Below, piece by piece: positions 35,545 to 49,018 of a stretch of 64,000 nucleotides of DNA. This DNA comes from Paragordius varius. Lineage: Eukaryota; Animalia; Nematomorpha. Location of the stretch: positions 5,332,001 through 5,396,000 of the forward strand of contig OZ176057.1 in the NCBI GenBank assembly GCA_964247055.1, given 5' to 3'. Positions within the stretch are counted from its first letter, which is position 1, and every line of letters starts with the position of its first letter. Position numbers and translations under genes: made by a program. A model generated the notes under the pieces. That model did no database searches. It saw nothing but the letters and a program-made list of their open reading frames with translations, and was not told where the DNA came from.

Positions 35545-37800
35545 ATCTAAAAACCGCCAAAGCCATCTAGAAAGTCTATTTCTCAAAAAATATTCTAAAA
35601 AGGGGAATTTAAAAACCGTTAAAATTATCTAAAAACCCTAAAACTTTAAAAACTGCTAAAATTTATAAAAAATCGCCAAAATTCCTTTTTAATGAAAAAA
35701 CAAAACTATCTAAAAACCGTTAAAACTTTCTAAAAAAGTCGATTATTTTGTTGTCAAAATTATTAAAACTAATAAAAAACCGCTAAAATTATTTGAAAAC
35801 CTTTAATACTCTAAAAACCGCTAAAACTATTTAAAAACCGCTAAAACATTCTAAAAACTGCTAAAACTTTCTATAAGCCAAAAACCGGTAAAACAATTTT
35901 CAAACCGCTAAAACAATTTTAAAACCGCTAAAACTTTTTAAAAACCGCTAAAACTTTATAAAAACCGCTAAAACCTTCTAAAACTATCTAAAAAGTCTAT
36001 TTCTTTAAAAATATTTTCAAAACCGGTAAAACTACCTAAAAACCTCTAAAACTACCTAAAAACCTCTAAAACTACCTAAAACCGCTAAAACTACCTCAAA
36101 ACCGCTAAAACTTCCTAAAGACCGCTAACTAAAACTATCTAAAAACCGTTAAAAATATCTAAAAAGTCTATTTCTTTAAAATTATTTTCAAAACCGCTAA
36201 AATTATTTTTAAAATCGCTAAAACTTCCTAAAAACCGCTAAAACTATTTTAAAACCGCTAAAACTTTCTCAAAAATGTTAAATTTTTTTAAAAACCACCT
36301 AAATCATTTTTAAATCCGCTAAAAACCTTTTTAAAACCGCTAAAAACCTTTTTAAAACCGCTAAAAACCTTTTTAAAAACCGCTAAAACCTTTTTAAAAA
36401 CCGCTAAAACATTCTAAAAACTGTTAAAACTTTCTCAAAACCACTAAACCCTTTGTAAAACCGCTAAAACTTTCTAAAAACCGCTAAAACTTTCTAAAAA
36501 CCGCTAAAACTTTCTCAAAACTGTTAAAACTTTCTCAAAAATGTTAAAACTTTCTTATAACCGCTAAAACCTTTTTAAAAACCGCTAAAACTACCTAAAA
36601 ACCGCTAAAACTACCTAAAAACCGCTAAAACTACCTAAAAACCGCTAAAACCTTTTTAAAAACCGCAAAAATTTCTCAAAACTGTTAAAACTTTCTCAAA
36701 AATGTTAAAACTTTCTCAAAAATGTTAAAACTTTCTCAAAACCGCTAAAACTTTCTCAAAAATGTTAAAACTTTGTCATAAACGCTAAAAACTTTCTAAA
36801 AACCGCTAAAACTTTCTCATAACCGCTAAAACTTTATAAAACCGCTAAAACTTTATAAAAACCGCTAAAACTTTCTAAAAACTGTTAAAACTTTCTCAAA
36901 ACTGTTAAAACATTCTCAAAACTGCTAAAACTTTCTCATAACCGCTAAAACCTTTTTAAAAACCGCTAAAACTACCTAAAAACCGCTAAAACTACCTAAA
37001 AACCGCTAAAACTACCTAAAAACCGCTAAAACTTTCAAAAACCGCTAAAACTTTCTAAAAACTGTTCAAACTTTCTAAAAACTGTTCAAACTTTCTCAAA
37101 ACTTTCTCAAAACTGTTAAAACTTTCTCAAAAATGTTAAAACTTTCTCAAAAATGTTAAAACTTTCTCAAAACTGTTAAAACTTTCTCATAACCGCTAAA
37201 ACCTCCTTAAAACCGCTAAAATCTTTTTTTAAACCGCTAAGCTTTTTCGCTAAAACTATTTTAAAACCACCAAAACTATTTTAAAACCGCTAAAACTATC
37301 TATATTTCTTTAAAATTATTATCAAAACCGCTAAAACTTCCTAAAAACAGTAAAATTTTTAGAAAAATCGCTAAAATTCCTTTTAAATCAAAAAATTGCG
37401 CCTAATTATTAACCGCTAAAACTATTTAAAACCCTTAAAACTATCCAAAAATCTATTTCTTTAAAATTATTTTCAAAACCGCTAAAATTATTCTTAAAAC
37501 CGTTAAAAATTTCTAAAAACCGCTAAAATTATCTAAAAATCTTTAAAACTTTTTAAAAAAGTTTATTACTTAAAATATTCTCAAAACCGCTAAAATTATA
37601 TAAAACCGCTAACTAACGCTAAAATTTTCTAACGCTAAAATTAAAGTATGCGCTAAAAATTTCTGTGCTCTCTAATAAAATTCATTAAAAAAGCTTAAAT
37701 ATTCTTTTTAAAAATTGCTAAAAAACCGCTGATTACTTTAAAAACCGCTAAAATTGTTTAAACAAACGTAAATATTCTTTTTTAATCAAGAAATGCTCTG
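35545..37800 (+). repeat. Expanded homogeneous satellite A (AAAAACCGCTAAAACTTTCT and variants)
   Basis: Long run of ~20 bp units; no equivalent block at this position in unit 1. Confidence 0.93.
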
Positions 37801-37849
37801 AAATTTTTAACAACCAAGTGCTAAAATAAAATCGGAAATAAATATTTTT

Positions 37850-39210
37850 ATTAATTAGCTGTTTTAATTAATTATTTGTTTTTCATTTGTTAATTAATCA
37901 TTTGTTTTTAATCATTAATCAGCTGTTTTATTTAATTATATGTTTGTATAAATCAGTTGGTTTAATTAATCAGCTGTTTTAATTAATCATTTGTTACTAC
38001 AAATCAGTTGTTTTAATTATTGATTTGTTTTAATTAATGATTTGTTTTAAATCATTTGTTTTTATAATTCAGTTGTTTTAATATTCATTTGTTTTTATAA
38101 TTCAGTTGTTTTAATATTCATTTGTTTTGTAAATCAGTTAATCAGTTGTTTTTATAAATCGGTTGGTTTAATTAATCAGTATTTTAATAAATTTGTTTTT
38201 ATAAATTAGTTGGTTTAATTTATCAGCTGTTTTAATTAATCAGTTTTTTTAATTAATCATTTGTTTTTATAAATCAGCTGTTTTAATTATAATCATTTGT
38301 TTTTACTATTTAGTTGTTTAATCAGTTGTTTTAATTAATCATTTGTTTTTTGTTAATCAGTTGTTTCAATTAATCAGTTGTTTTAATTAATCAGTTGTTT
38401 ATTAATCAGTTGTTTATTAATCAGTTGTTTTAATTATTCAGTTGTTTTAATTATTCATTTGTTTTTATAATTCAGTTGTTTTAATATTCATTTGTTTTGT
38501 AAATCAGTTAATCAGTTGTTTTTATAAATCGGTTGGTTAAATTAATCAGTATTTTAATAAATTTGTTTTTATAAATTAGTTGGTTTAATTTATCAGCTGT
38601 TTTAATTAATCAGTTTTTTTAATTAATTATTTGTTTTTATAAATCAGCTGTTTTTTATTAATCAGTTGTTTTTAAATCTGATTAAATTAATCAGTTATAA
38701 ATCAGTTGTTTTAATTAATGATTTGTTTATAAATCGGTTGGTTTAATTAATCAGTATATTAATAAAACATTTCTTTAATAGTCAGATTTTTTTTAATAAT
38801 CAGCTGTTAATATTAATCAGCTGTTTTAATTATAATCATTTGTTTTTACTATTTAGTTGTTTAATCAGTTGTTTTAATTAATCATTTGTTTTTTGTTAAT
38901 CAGTTGTTTCAATTAATCAGTTGTTTTAATTAATCAGTTGTTTTAATTAATCAGTTGTTTATTAATCAGTTGTTTATTAATCAGTTGTTTTAATTATTCA
39001 GTTGTTTTAATTAATCAGTTTTTTCAATTAATCAGTTTTTTCTATATAAATCATTTCTTAATAATCAGATTTTTTAATAATCAGCTGTTTAAATATATCA
39101 GTGTTTTAATTTTAATTATTTGTTTTTGATTATCAGTTGTTTTTATTATTCAGTTGTTTCAATCATTTGGTTTTATTATTCATTTGTTTTTATTAATCAG
39201 CTTTTATTAT
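37850..39210 (+). repeat. Satellite B array with internal higher-order duplications
   Basis: AATCAGTTGTTTT units; several 150-400 bp blocks duplicated. Confidence 0.9.
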
Positions 39211-40682
39211 TATGTTTATTTCATTATGTTTATTTCATTAATAATTTGTCTATCTAAAAACCGCTAAAACTATCTAAAAACTGCTAAAACTTCCTAAAAA
39301 TTCTTTTTAAATTAAAAAATGCGTTGAAATTCTTTAAAAATTGCTAAAATTTTATTAAAACCGCTAAATATATTTAAAATCTGTTAAAAATGTCTAAAAA
39401 CCGCTAAAACTCTTTAAAAAGCGTAAATTTAAATCAAAAACCGCTAAAATTGTCTAAAAAACGTAATTTTTTTTTCTGCAAACATATGCCACCTTTTTTA
39501 TATAAATTATATTATTTTAACCAATTAGCCATTTCAAATAATTTTATTTCAATCAATATATTGTAACATACTAATTTTTTTGTTTAGAATGTGTTGTCTT
39601 ACAGAAGTACGAAGGATTTCTTTGGCCTACTGCCCAACAAAATTGATGCAAAAAATATCTAGAATGTTTCGGAATTGGGTAATTATTATTTTATATTTTG
39701 AATTATTATTCAAGTGTTTTCGTTAATAATTGTTTTCTTTTATAAATTCTGTATAAATCATTTTTATCATAATCAACTTTTTTTATGTAATTAGCATTTA
39801 TCATCTGTTTATTAGTTGTTTTAATTAATCAATTGTTTTTAGTTTTAAAATTGGCTAGCTTGAGGATATTTTTTTAAAAAGAATATGTAGAGTATATAGA
39901 ATATAAATTTATAATTATCTATCGTTTGTAAAAAAATTTTATTTATTATTGTAACGTAATATTTAATCATCAATTTTTACATTTTTCTTTAATTTACTGT
40001 AGAATGTGTTGTTTATGTAATCAGCAGCCCGAAACGTAAACGAGGTCTATTGAAAAAGCGTAATTGAATATTATGGATGAACTTGGTAATTAATTATATA
40101 TAGATTAAATTTTAGAACAGATTTTATTACTAGTTTTTCAACTTTACATTTTTTTCTCAAATTAAATAAATTTTTTATTAAAATTGATGAGTCGATTTTA
40201 TTGCTCTTTAATTAAAGAAAATAATTCATTTAATTAATCATTTTTTTAATAAATTAACTATTTATAATAAACTTTTGATTTAAAACAAATTAGTTATTTT
40301 TATTAAGATATATATAATATTGTTCCTTTAATTTTTACCGCAAAATAACAAAATATCACTTTTTTAACATACTTCATGATTTTGTTAAATAACCATTTTT
40401 CTTGATCAGTTGTTTTTTGAATTTGATAGTTATAATTATTAAATAGTTTCAATATATTTATTTTTTTAAATGATTATTAGTATTTGACTTTATATTTTAT
40501 TTTATTTTTAGGAAACAATATAGTATCCACTTTATTGCTGCCATACCAATTAAACTATTTACGTATATATTTTTAGTTACTGTTTACGTTATTAATAACC
40601 AATTGTCTAAATATTTTTTATTTTTTCCTTATTATTCAGAATCAGTTGTTTTAATTAATCAGGTTTAAAGCACTTTAAGGGC

Positions 40683-41302
40683 TTCGAGTTTGTGGGCTAG
40701 GGTTAGGGAGATGGATTTGAGTTGATTCATTTTTTTAAAGAAGTCCGCAAGACTTGCTCGGGCTACGAAGCAGACCCGAGACCCACGCATTTCTCTTCTA
40801 TAAATTTATATAACCTTTTTTCTGACTTTTCTCTTCTCACAAGAAAATGCTCTCTTGATTAAGATTTTTGAATAAAATTTTTAGAAAACTCTTTTTAAAC
40901 TACATTTATGGTTTCTAGTTTTAATTTAGGGTCAGGTTCTTAAAGAAGTCCGCAAATTAATTTATATATTGGTTGTTTGAGGTATTTACGCAAAAACCTC
41001 TGACATAGACAGCTGATTTCTTTGAAACTTTTCATTTTTTAGGAAAAATTTCATATAATTCTTTTGATATATATATTAGGATTAAAGTATCACGTGTTTT
41101 TGGTGTAATATGAGTTACCGCTAATACTCGTGAATAAATCTTTATCTCATTTCTTATAACCCTTTAAAGCTGTTATTATAGTTTTTGGGTTTTTAGAGTT
41201 TGTGGGCTAGGGTTAGGGTGAGGGATTGGAGTTGGTTCATTTTCTTAAAGAAGTCCGCAGGACTTCCTCGGTCTGCGAAGCAGGCCGAGACCCACGCGTT
41301 TC
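40683..41302 (-). repeat. Two inverted full-length hairpin/G4 elements (40683-40792, 41191-41302)
   Basis: Reverse complement of the 5307 element; partial copies at ~41505 and ~42045. Confidence 0.88.
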
Positions 41303-42614
41303 TTTTTAAATTAAATCTTTGTCTCTGAATTTTGTAGCTTTTGATTCATTTCAAGGAAGGATATTCTTTTTTTCCTATTTAATTTTACACCATTTTATCT
41401 AAAAACTTAAACATTATCTGAATTTTATTTGACCGCAAACTTTTTAATGCACTGATCAACGCTATTTTTATTGCGGTGTTTCGTTGATAGAATATTTAAA
41501 GGATTTCGAGTTTATGGGCTGGGCTTATGTAAATCAAAGCAATTCTTTATTTTTTAATGGTTTTAAAATTGCAATATAAAGCTAAATTTGGGTTTTAATT
41601 ATGGAAGTAAACTGCTAATTTGTAAAGTAACCGCAAAAATTTATATTTAAAGTAGAATAGTTTGAAAGCGATTTTTTTATTAGGACGGTTAATTAAATTC
41701 AGAAACAAACAACCAGAAAACAAAATGACTCAACTTTTTTCGCTAGAAAATTTTCAGTGTTATATTTGCAGTGTTTGATCATATGATTTTGGCTGATCGA
41801 AATTAAAGGCTTTCAAGTTTGGGTTGGCCTTAGCTAAAGTAAAGGAATTTTTAATAAGTTGCGTATCCTTATTCCATTCCTTAGGATTTAATTACGGAAA
41901 TAGATTTGTTAATAACTGCTAATTTGTGTAACCGCAAAATTTAAATTTGAAAGCGATTATTTTCTATATTAGGACGTTTAAAACTCTAATTTGGCCTTTT
42001 CGTACGGGGTTTGATTAATCGACGTTGAATATTTTAAGGCGAGTTTGTGGGCTAGGGTTATGTGGAGGTTCATTTAGAGTTTTGTTGTCACTTTTATTGA
42101 TAATTGCCGAATTTATGCTAATATTATCTAACTTCGAATCTAATAATATTTTATCATTTTTATACATCAGAATTGACTCAACTAGACAAGAAATAAAGCT
42201 AACTCACACAAGAATATGAAACTAATGACTTAACTACACAAGAAACAAAACATACACAAGAATGAATATGAATTCAATAAATGATAATAACCTTTGATAT
42301 ATTGTTTTTTTTAAAAAAAAATTAAAAAATATCAATAAATATATATAACCCCCCCCCCCCCCCCAAAGGGCGAGAAAAAAAAATTAAAAAATATTCTAAG
42401 TCCAAAATTTTATTTTGAGCGTCCGGGAGTAAGAGTGCTCAAAGTAAAATTTTGGACTTTGGGGCCTGCAACAAACTCTCATTATACTTGTGGAGAGTTT
42501 TTGCGCCAACTCTCTAATGGGAGGAATAAATCCTCCTTATCACAAGTAAGGAAAACAACCCTTTCAAACGAGGTCATTTTCCCCATCTTTGTAAAGGAGG
42601 ATTTATTCCTCCCA

Positions 42615-43251
42615 TTAGAGAGTCATTTGGCCCAAAAACTCTCCACAAGTATAATGAGAGTTTGTTGTGCAATCATCCCCAATGAGATCCTTGAGTGCGT
42701 GTTGCCATCCATCAGCTCCAGGCACGATTTGCCTTCTCCCCATCGCCTTGTGTCAGGTATCGTGGACATTCCCAAGAGCTTCATCCCAACAGATCTCTCC
42801 TCCCCAATGTGCCAAGCCCATCATCACCTAAAAATTTAGATTACCTCGCAATAAGTAGGTTCCTCTTCCTGTGTCGCTCCATCAATCGTCCAGTACCAAA
42901 TCCCCAGCATTTGACTGTCCAGGGCTTCTAGATTCCCCAATGTCCGCTTTTCTCGCGGAGTTTATCCCAATACACCTAAATTATACATTTACCTCGTAAT
43001 CAGCAAGCTCTTTTCGGTTCGATCCTTCATTCACTCACGAATCCTTGGTTGCTGGTCTTGAATTACGTCCCCATCCTTGGTTGCCATTGGAGAAGAAGGC
43101 CTAAAGCCTTCAAATTAGCTCTTGCAACCAGCCTTCCCATATAATTTTTTTTCTGATTGAAATCATAGGCGCTTATATTTCCCAATACATCCATATATGT
43201 ACTCTGGTTTTCCAAATTGCAAATTACATAAACTAACAATTTTATGGACAC
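42615..43251 (-). pseudogene. Unit 2 copy of the TGA-containing, 17-nt-intron frame (frameshifted, one TGA changed to TAA)
   Basis: Introns 42976-42992 and 42828-42844 keep GT-AG and the 17-nt length; several exonic indels. Confidence 0.55.
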
Positions 43252-44114
43252 CTAAGCTTGTCCTTAGATTTTCTTTTTAATTAATTTTGATTTTCTTTAT
43301 TAGCTCAATTCTATGTTATATGCTCTCTTTATCTATTATATCAGCGGAATTGGTTGGAATATGCTAATATATTTTATATGGGATGCTATATAATTAATGT
43401 ATTGCTTGCATAAAATAATATATTAAATTTTGCACATGGAATGCACAATTTCATTTAATTTATCTGATTATCACTAGGATTATATCCACGGAAATTTTAG
43501 CCCTCTTAATAATGAAAAATTTATGGAAATTCTTTTATCAAATACATAAATATCATGTCATTTTATATATGACTTCAAAATTTTAAAATATTCCAAAGAT
43601 GTGGGATATATAATTTGCCAGAAACACCAATTACGCTAACTCACAAGATTTTAACTTGCACAGTATATTAAATTATAAATTTAATTTAGGTTGACGTGTG
43701 CATAAATGCTGGAAAACGATACGATCTATCAAGGGAGATATTAACAGTACTACTCTTGTATTAACCAAAGTGTTTCTATACCAAATGATTTGTTATGGAT
43801 CATCTGATGGTGTAATGCTACCTGTTAGAATCACGGATGCTTCTTGAATGTTGATCATCTTTAATTTGAACTTTTCTAATTAACTGTTGTTTGTAAAATA
43901 AATTTTTAAATATTATTTTAGCTATTATTTGTAATATAACAATTTCGCTTATATGTAAAAAATATTCTAAAAATTGTATGATCGCAACATAAAGTAAAGG
44001 GGTGCGATTTTTTCCATGAATTTATCGTTAAAATGGATATGACAAACATTTTTTTAGATATCCCACCGGTAAATTTATAGATATATAATTGTTTTATTTA
44101 AAAATTGAATTGTA

Positions 44115-44147
<33 letters not shown>

Positions 44148-44478
44148 TATGATATCAGTTATTTAAATAATTGGCAAAAAACAACCATACATTTTAAACA
44201 TTGCAAAGTAGGAAATATTCATGTAAATTGTTAGCTCATCATATAAGTACATTACAATTTTCATTTTTTTCACTATATATATTTATTGCGTTAAATAAAT
44301 TTCGTGAATTTGTTCGATAAGGGCAAGTTAATTAAACAACTTAAAAAACCAGGATTGTAATAACATAAATTTATTTATTTTCTGTTAAATATTTCACAAA
44401 TATTTATATCATATCATATAAATAGCTCAGTTTATTTTCATGTAAAAGACGTGTTTTCTTTAAAGGTATTAATAAATG

Positions 44479-47400
44479 CTACAAAATATCCATGCAAATT
44501 ATAGCCTTTCGATGACCAGAATATTCTTTAACACCTATAGTTTTAAAGGCGTCTCCAGAATTCAGTAATTTCCAAAGCCTGGCTTTCCCGTCACTGCAAG
44601 CTAAAAAATAGAGAAAAATCACGTAAAAATATTTTTAGGAGAAATTAATAAATACTAACTCTTTAGAAGCGTGGACGAAAAAAAAGATAATATTTTTAGT
44701 GTTTTCAATTTAATTACAAGGTTGGTGATAACTTTATCTTATTATATGTTTTCTATTTTGTTTGAAATAAAAGTAAAATATTTATTTATATTAGAACTAT
44801 AAAAATAAAACCGTTTTGTCCGAAAGCTTTTCGATAAAAAATCGTAAAAAACAGAGTAAAAAGGACTTTAGAACTTAAAAAACCTTTTGTTTGACTCTCA
44901 ATAATCTGTAAGCAAATTCTAAAAGGGAAAGAAAAATATAATTTAAAACCAACCAGTTAATAAATATCTGTAAGATGTAAGAATTTTTCCATCAGCGTTA
45001 TTCATATTATAATGTTTATTGATTTTGGCATCCAAATTTAAATCAACTGGCATGGAAAATTCTGAACTTAGGAATCGCGAACACCAAACCCATTTATTAA
45101 CAGCTGGGTGTTCTAATTTCCAACATCCTAGTAATATTATTATAATGTAAAAATAATTATCATTTTTTAGCAATAATAAAAGATTTAGAAAGTACATTTT
45201 TTTTCTTACAAATTACCCATTCTTATGAAGAAAAAAAAACAGAATTGAAGAAAAATTTTAATTTTTTTTTAAAAAAACATATATATAATAAATATCGTCA
45301 ACTATAAAAAAAATTAAACACATATCCGTACGAATTATTCTACTACCCGCGTATATATAAATTTTCAATCTAAATATACCATTTAGACTTCAAATTCACC
45401 CTGGAACAATTTAATTCACCCTAAAATAAATTATGTGTTCTTTTAAGATTAAAAATTACCTATTATTTGTTTTAAATTTTGTTTGTAATTAAAATAATAC
45501 GGAAAAATAATAAACTATTCGCCATAAAGATATATAGTCATTTTAATGATGATGAGTTATATTAGCTACCCAAAAACACATTTATTTTTAGGGTAAATTT
45601 GAATTGTTCAAGGCTGATTTTAAATTGTAAATGTTATATTAAACTATAACTAAATTATATGTGCTATATCAAAAGAACAAGGTTAGAAATTACTTCCATT
45701 AGCTTATTATCAAAGCCCAAAAATTAGCTCGTGTAATATTGAAAAAATTTCAAATACCAAATTATATTTACATAATCTTAGTGATAATTTATTATTTCTT
45801 AAGGAAATTTCATGGTTACGTCTTTTCAATTTTGGCAATCAAGTAGTGTAAATTGATAATAAATGGATGGTATATCGTAAATTCATTACAGTATAGCCCA
45901 TTTATTTTGGCAATTTTATGAATATATTTCAATTCCAAATATCGTAAAATATATACATCAAAACTTATATATATATATATATATATAAATTTACGGAAAA
46001 AATGTAAAAATAAATTTTTTTCTTCAAAAGATAACCCCAACTTTTTTAAAGCCTAATTTATCTTATTAAAACCATTTAATAGCAATCGTAAAATATGTCA
46101 TTGATTGTGTTACCAATATACGTCTCTATTTTATAATTTAAATTTTAAAACAATCAGTTATATTTAAAAAAATAAAGGTTTAAAAAGTATGGGGTTGTCT
46201 TTTAGAAAAGAATATTTGTCTTTATATATTTACATTTAACTCTATATATATATATATATATATATATAAATGTTTGTGTATATAATGATTTAAAAAAGAG
46301 CATAAGAATTCGACGTAAAAATAAATCAACATATCAAGGCTAATTTTAACAAAAATTAAAAAAATAATTTTTTAAAAAAAACGGTTAATCTAAACTTTAG
46401 AATCAAGTTAAAATTATGTATTTATTCAAGAACCATTTTATAATTTCAAATCAAAATATTCTTAAACCTTATATTTCCCAAATTCAATTTATGGTTAAAT
46501 TGAACAAATTTTTTACTGCCTACATATTTTACCTTGATTTTGAGATAACCTTTCTTTGAAACTTTCATCGTGAGTGTTTGAATTCTCAAAAGTATTTCTC
46601 CATACTAAAGTTTGGCCTTTATCCGTACAAGTTGCTACATATCTAAAATAATAATACAGTAAAAATAAAGACAAAAACGTACGAAAAACCCTTCATTATA
46701 AGCTCTCTATCGCTTTGAGTTACAAATTAATAAGAGAGATGTAAATTGTTAATAATATATTATTTCTATTTCAAAATCTTAATCGTAGACCAACAAAGTC
46801 CTATTGCTATAACGTATTCGCAATGTTGGCTAGGCCATAAAAATACGTCGACGACAAAAGACAGTTTTCTAATGACTTTAGGCATGTGTGTTACGTTAAA
46901 AATTGCCTCAAATAACCATAAAGTATAAATATTATGAATATAAATTACTTTGTAATATGAAAACTCAGATCAAAAGCCTTACCCTTGATAACAATCTTAA
47001 TCATAATGGTTATATGAAATTAATCAAATGATCAAAATATAGCTCTCTAAAAAATAAATATGTCGTTTTAATAGAGCTTTAATTTGATTGTTTTAAATGA
47101 TAATAATATCAGAAATTCGTAAAAACAAAACAATCTTACAACTTTTTTTCTAGAATTTTAGATCTAAAAAAACCAAAAAAAATAATTTGCAAAAGTAAAT
47201 AAAACAAAATAACTTTGCATCAGGTGAAAATGTACAATTCAAAACGTATTGGTTCATTTGTTCCGTCTTGCTTTGGAAACAATGTTGAATCGTATTAAAA
47301 TTATCAAAGCTTTGTAGTAATAAATTACCATTATCATCATTACAATGTAAAACTTCGTCGTCCGAAGTTGGCCCATCACTGTTAATAATATCCTTCTTAT

Positions 47401-49018
47401 TTTGACTTATTTGGGCAAAATTTTCGCCACTCTTTTTATCTAATAAAGCGATTAAACTTTTTTGTTAATTTGTCAATGAGAAGAAATATTTTATGTTAAA
47501 ATAATAGAGTGAATTCTTGTAAAAGATATTATTAAATTAAACTATATCCAAAAATTAATCTAAAACAAAAGAAAATAATTACAAGATACACATTGAAAAA
47601 GATACCATGTATCAAAAATTTTGGATATAGTTTAATTCAATATCTTTTACGAGAATTCTCAAATTATTATTTTATTAAACTTTTTGAGTTTGATTTCGAT
47701 TCAGATTCAGAGAAACCAACAATTATTTGATGTTGGGGCGAGCCAATACATTTTAACGGAGTGCAAAATTCATACATACGGAGTTGAAGTGATTTATGAA
47801 GTGCCATATATAACACATTGGGAAGACACGTCCTAAGTCCACCATTGTAGGACAAGGTTGAGGAATGTGGTGATTTTTTCAACGATCTTATATGATGGCG
47901 ATTAGTATCTTGGCTAACATTGAAATTTAGGTTAAATAAGTTGTTTGCCATGATATTATTAGTGTTGTTGTAATTAACAGAGTTTGGATGACCAGTTTGA
48001 TTTTCATTTTCTAAGGGTATTTTTAATAAATTAAAATTATTTATATATATCTATCTATCTTCCAAAACAAATAAAAAGTAACAGATTAATATATTTTGGT
48101 GTAAAGAAAATTATAAATTCAAGGATTTATTTCTATAAAATACAATTACAGAATTATGTTTCCCAATTTATATGTCTATTTTTATTTCGCAAGCCAATAC
48201 AAAATTTTAGATTTTTAAGGAAATCAACGTTTAAAAAATATTTATATTATAAATAATGATGGTTTTATGTGCTTTGCCTTTATTGAATATTTCAATTTTT
48301 ACTCTTCTGGTAACAAATAGATAAAATTTCATATTAAATTTAACATAAAATTTTATAATCTTTTTTCCATCATAATTTGGTAAAGATCATAGCAATTTTA
48401 AAAAAAATTAAAAGATGGTCAAAAATAAATTTAACATACAGAAAAAATATACGAATAAAACGTAAAAATATAAAAATTATGTTTTAAAGACAGCCATTTT
48501 AAAACCTTAATTTTTCTCACATATAAGTTAGGGTTGGAATTACTTAGGCTTATGATGAGATTTACATTGTTTTTGATGTTTGTTATACCATAGATTCGTA
48601 TATATTTGTAACCTATATATAAATTATTTGAAATGTGGAAAATATGATTTTAAATTTTATTATAATCAAACAAATAAAATATAATTGTTTGATTTAATTT
48701 ATTTAAAAGTAGCAAATAGCCACTTTAAATCCATGTTTAAACAAAATATATTCAAAGCAAAAGCAGCCAGATATTTTTCGTCCCCAGAAAAAGATATATC
48801 GTTAACTTGCTAAATAATTTAGATTATTAATTATAAATAAATATTTAAAGAAAAATATAAATTTTATGATATTACTGATTCCGGATGCTGTAATGTGCAA
48901 AAGGATGATTGGAATCCCCGATTTTTAATAATCTCATTGAATAATCATAGCCAGTCGTAGCAAAAGGTTTTACCATTTCAGTATGAGTATAAATATTGCC
49001 AATTTTTTCCACATACAT
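44479..49018 (-). pseudogene. lst8: LST8 pseudogene copy B, spanning the unit 2/3 junction
   Basis: Same 3' exons. Exon 1 has TCA where copy A has TAA but carries a 1-nt deletion; exon 2 reads QVND.. but its donor is deleted; exon 3 is truncated near 48550. Confidence 0.85.

Larger units (their letters stand above)
32150..40562 (+). pseudogene. Unit 2 copy of the plus-strand multi-exon gene
   Basis: 5' exons as in unit 1; 3' exons 39588-39678, 40003-40085 and 40512-40562 resemble unit 3 rather than unit 1. Confidence 0.55.
23119..48480. repeat. Tandem segmental duplication, unit 2 (longer owing to satellite expansion)
   Basis: Same order of elements as unit 1; offset grows from 23118 to about 25800 across the satellite-rich region (LST8 stop 18668 vs 44479). 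Confidence 0.95.

Noticed and set aside
41240-41300. HDV-like ribozyme (TTCCTCG loop) or hammerhead in the hairpin/G4 element
   Set aside because: The P3 stem and nested pseudoknot cannot be formed by eye, and no CUGANGA/GAAA core is present. An Infernal search would settle it.
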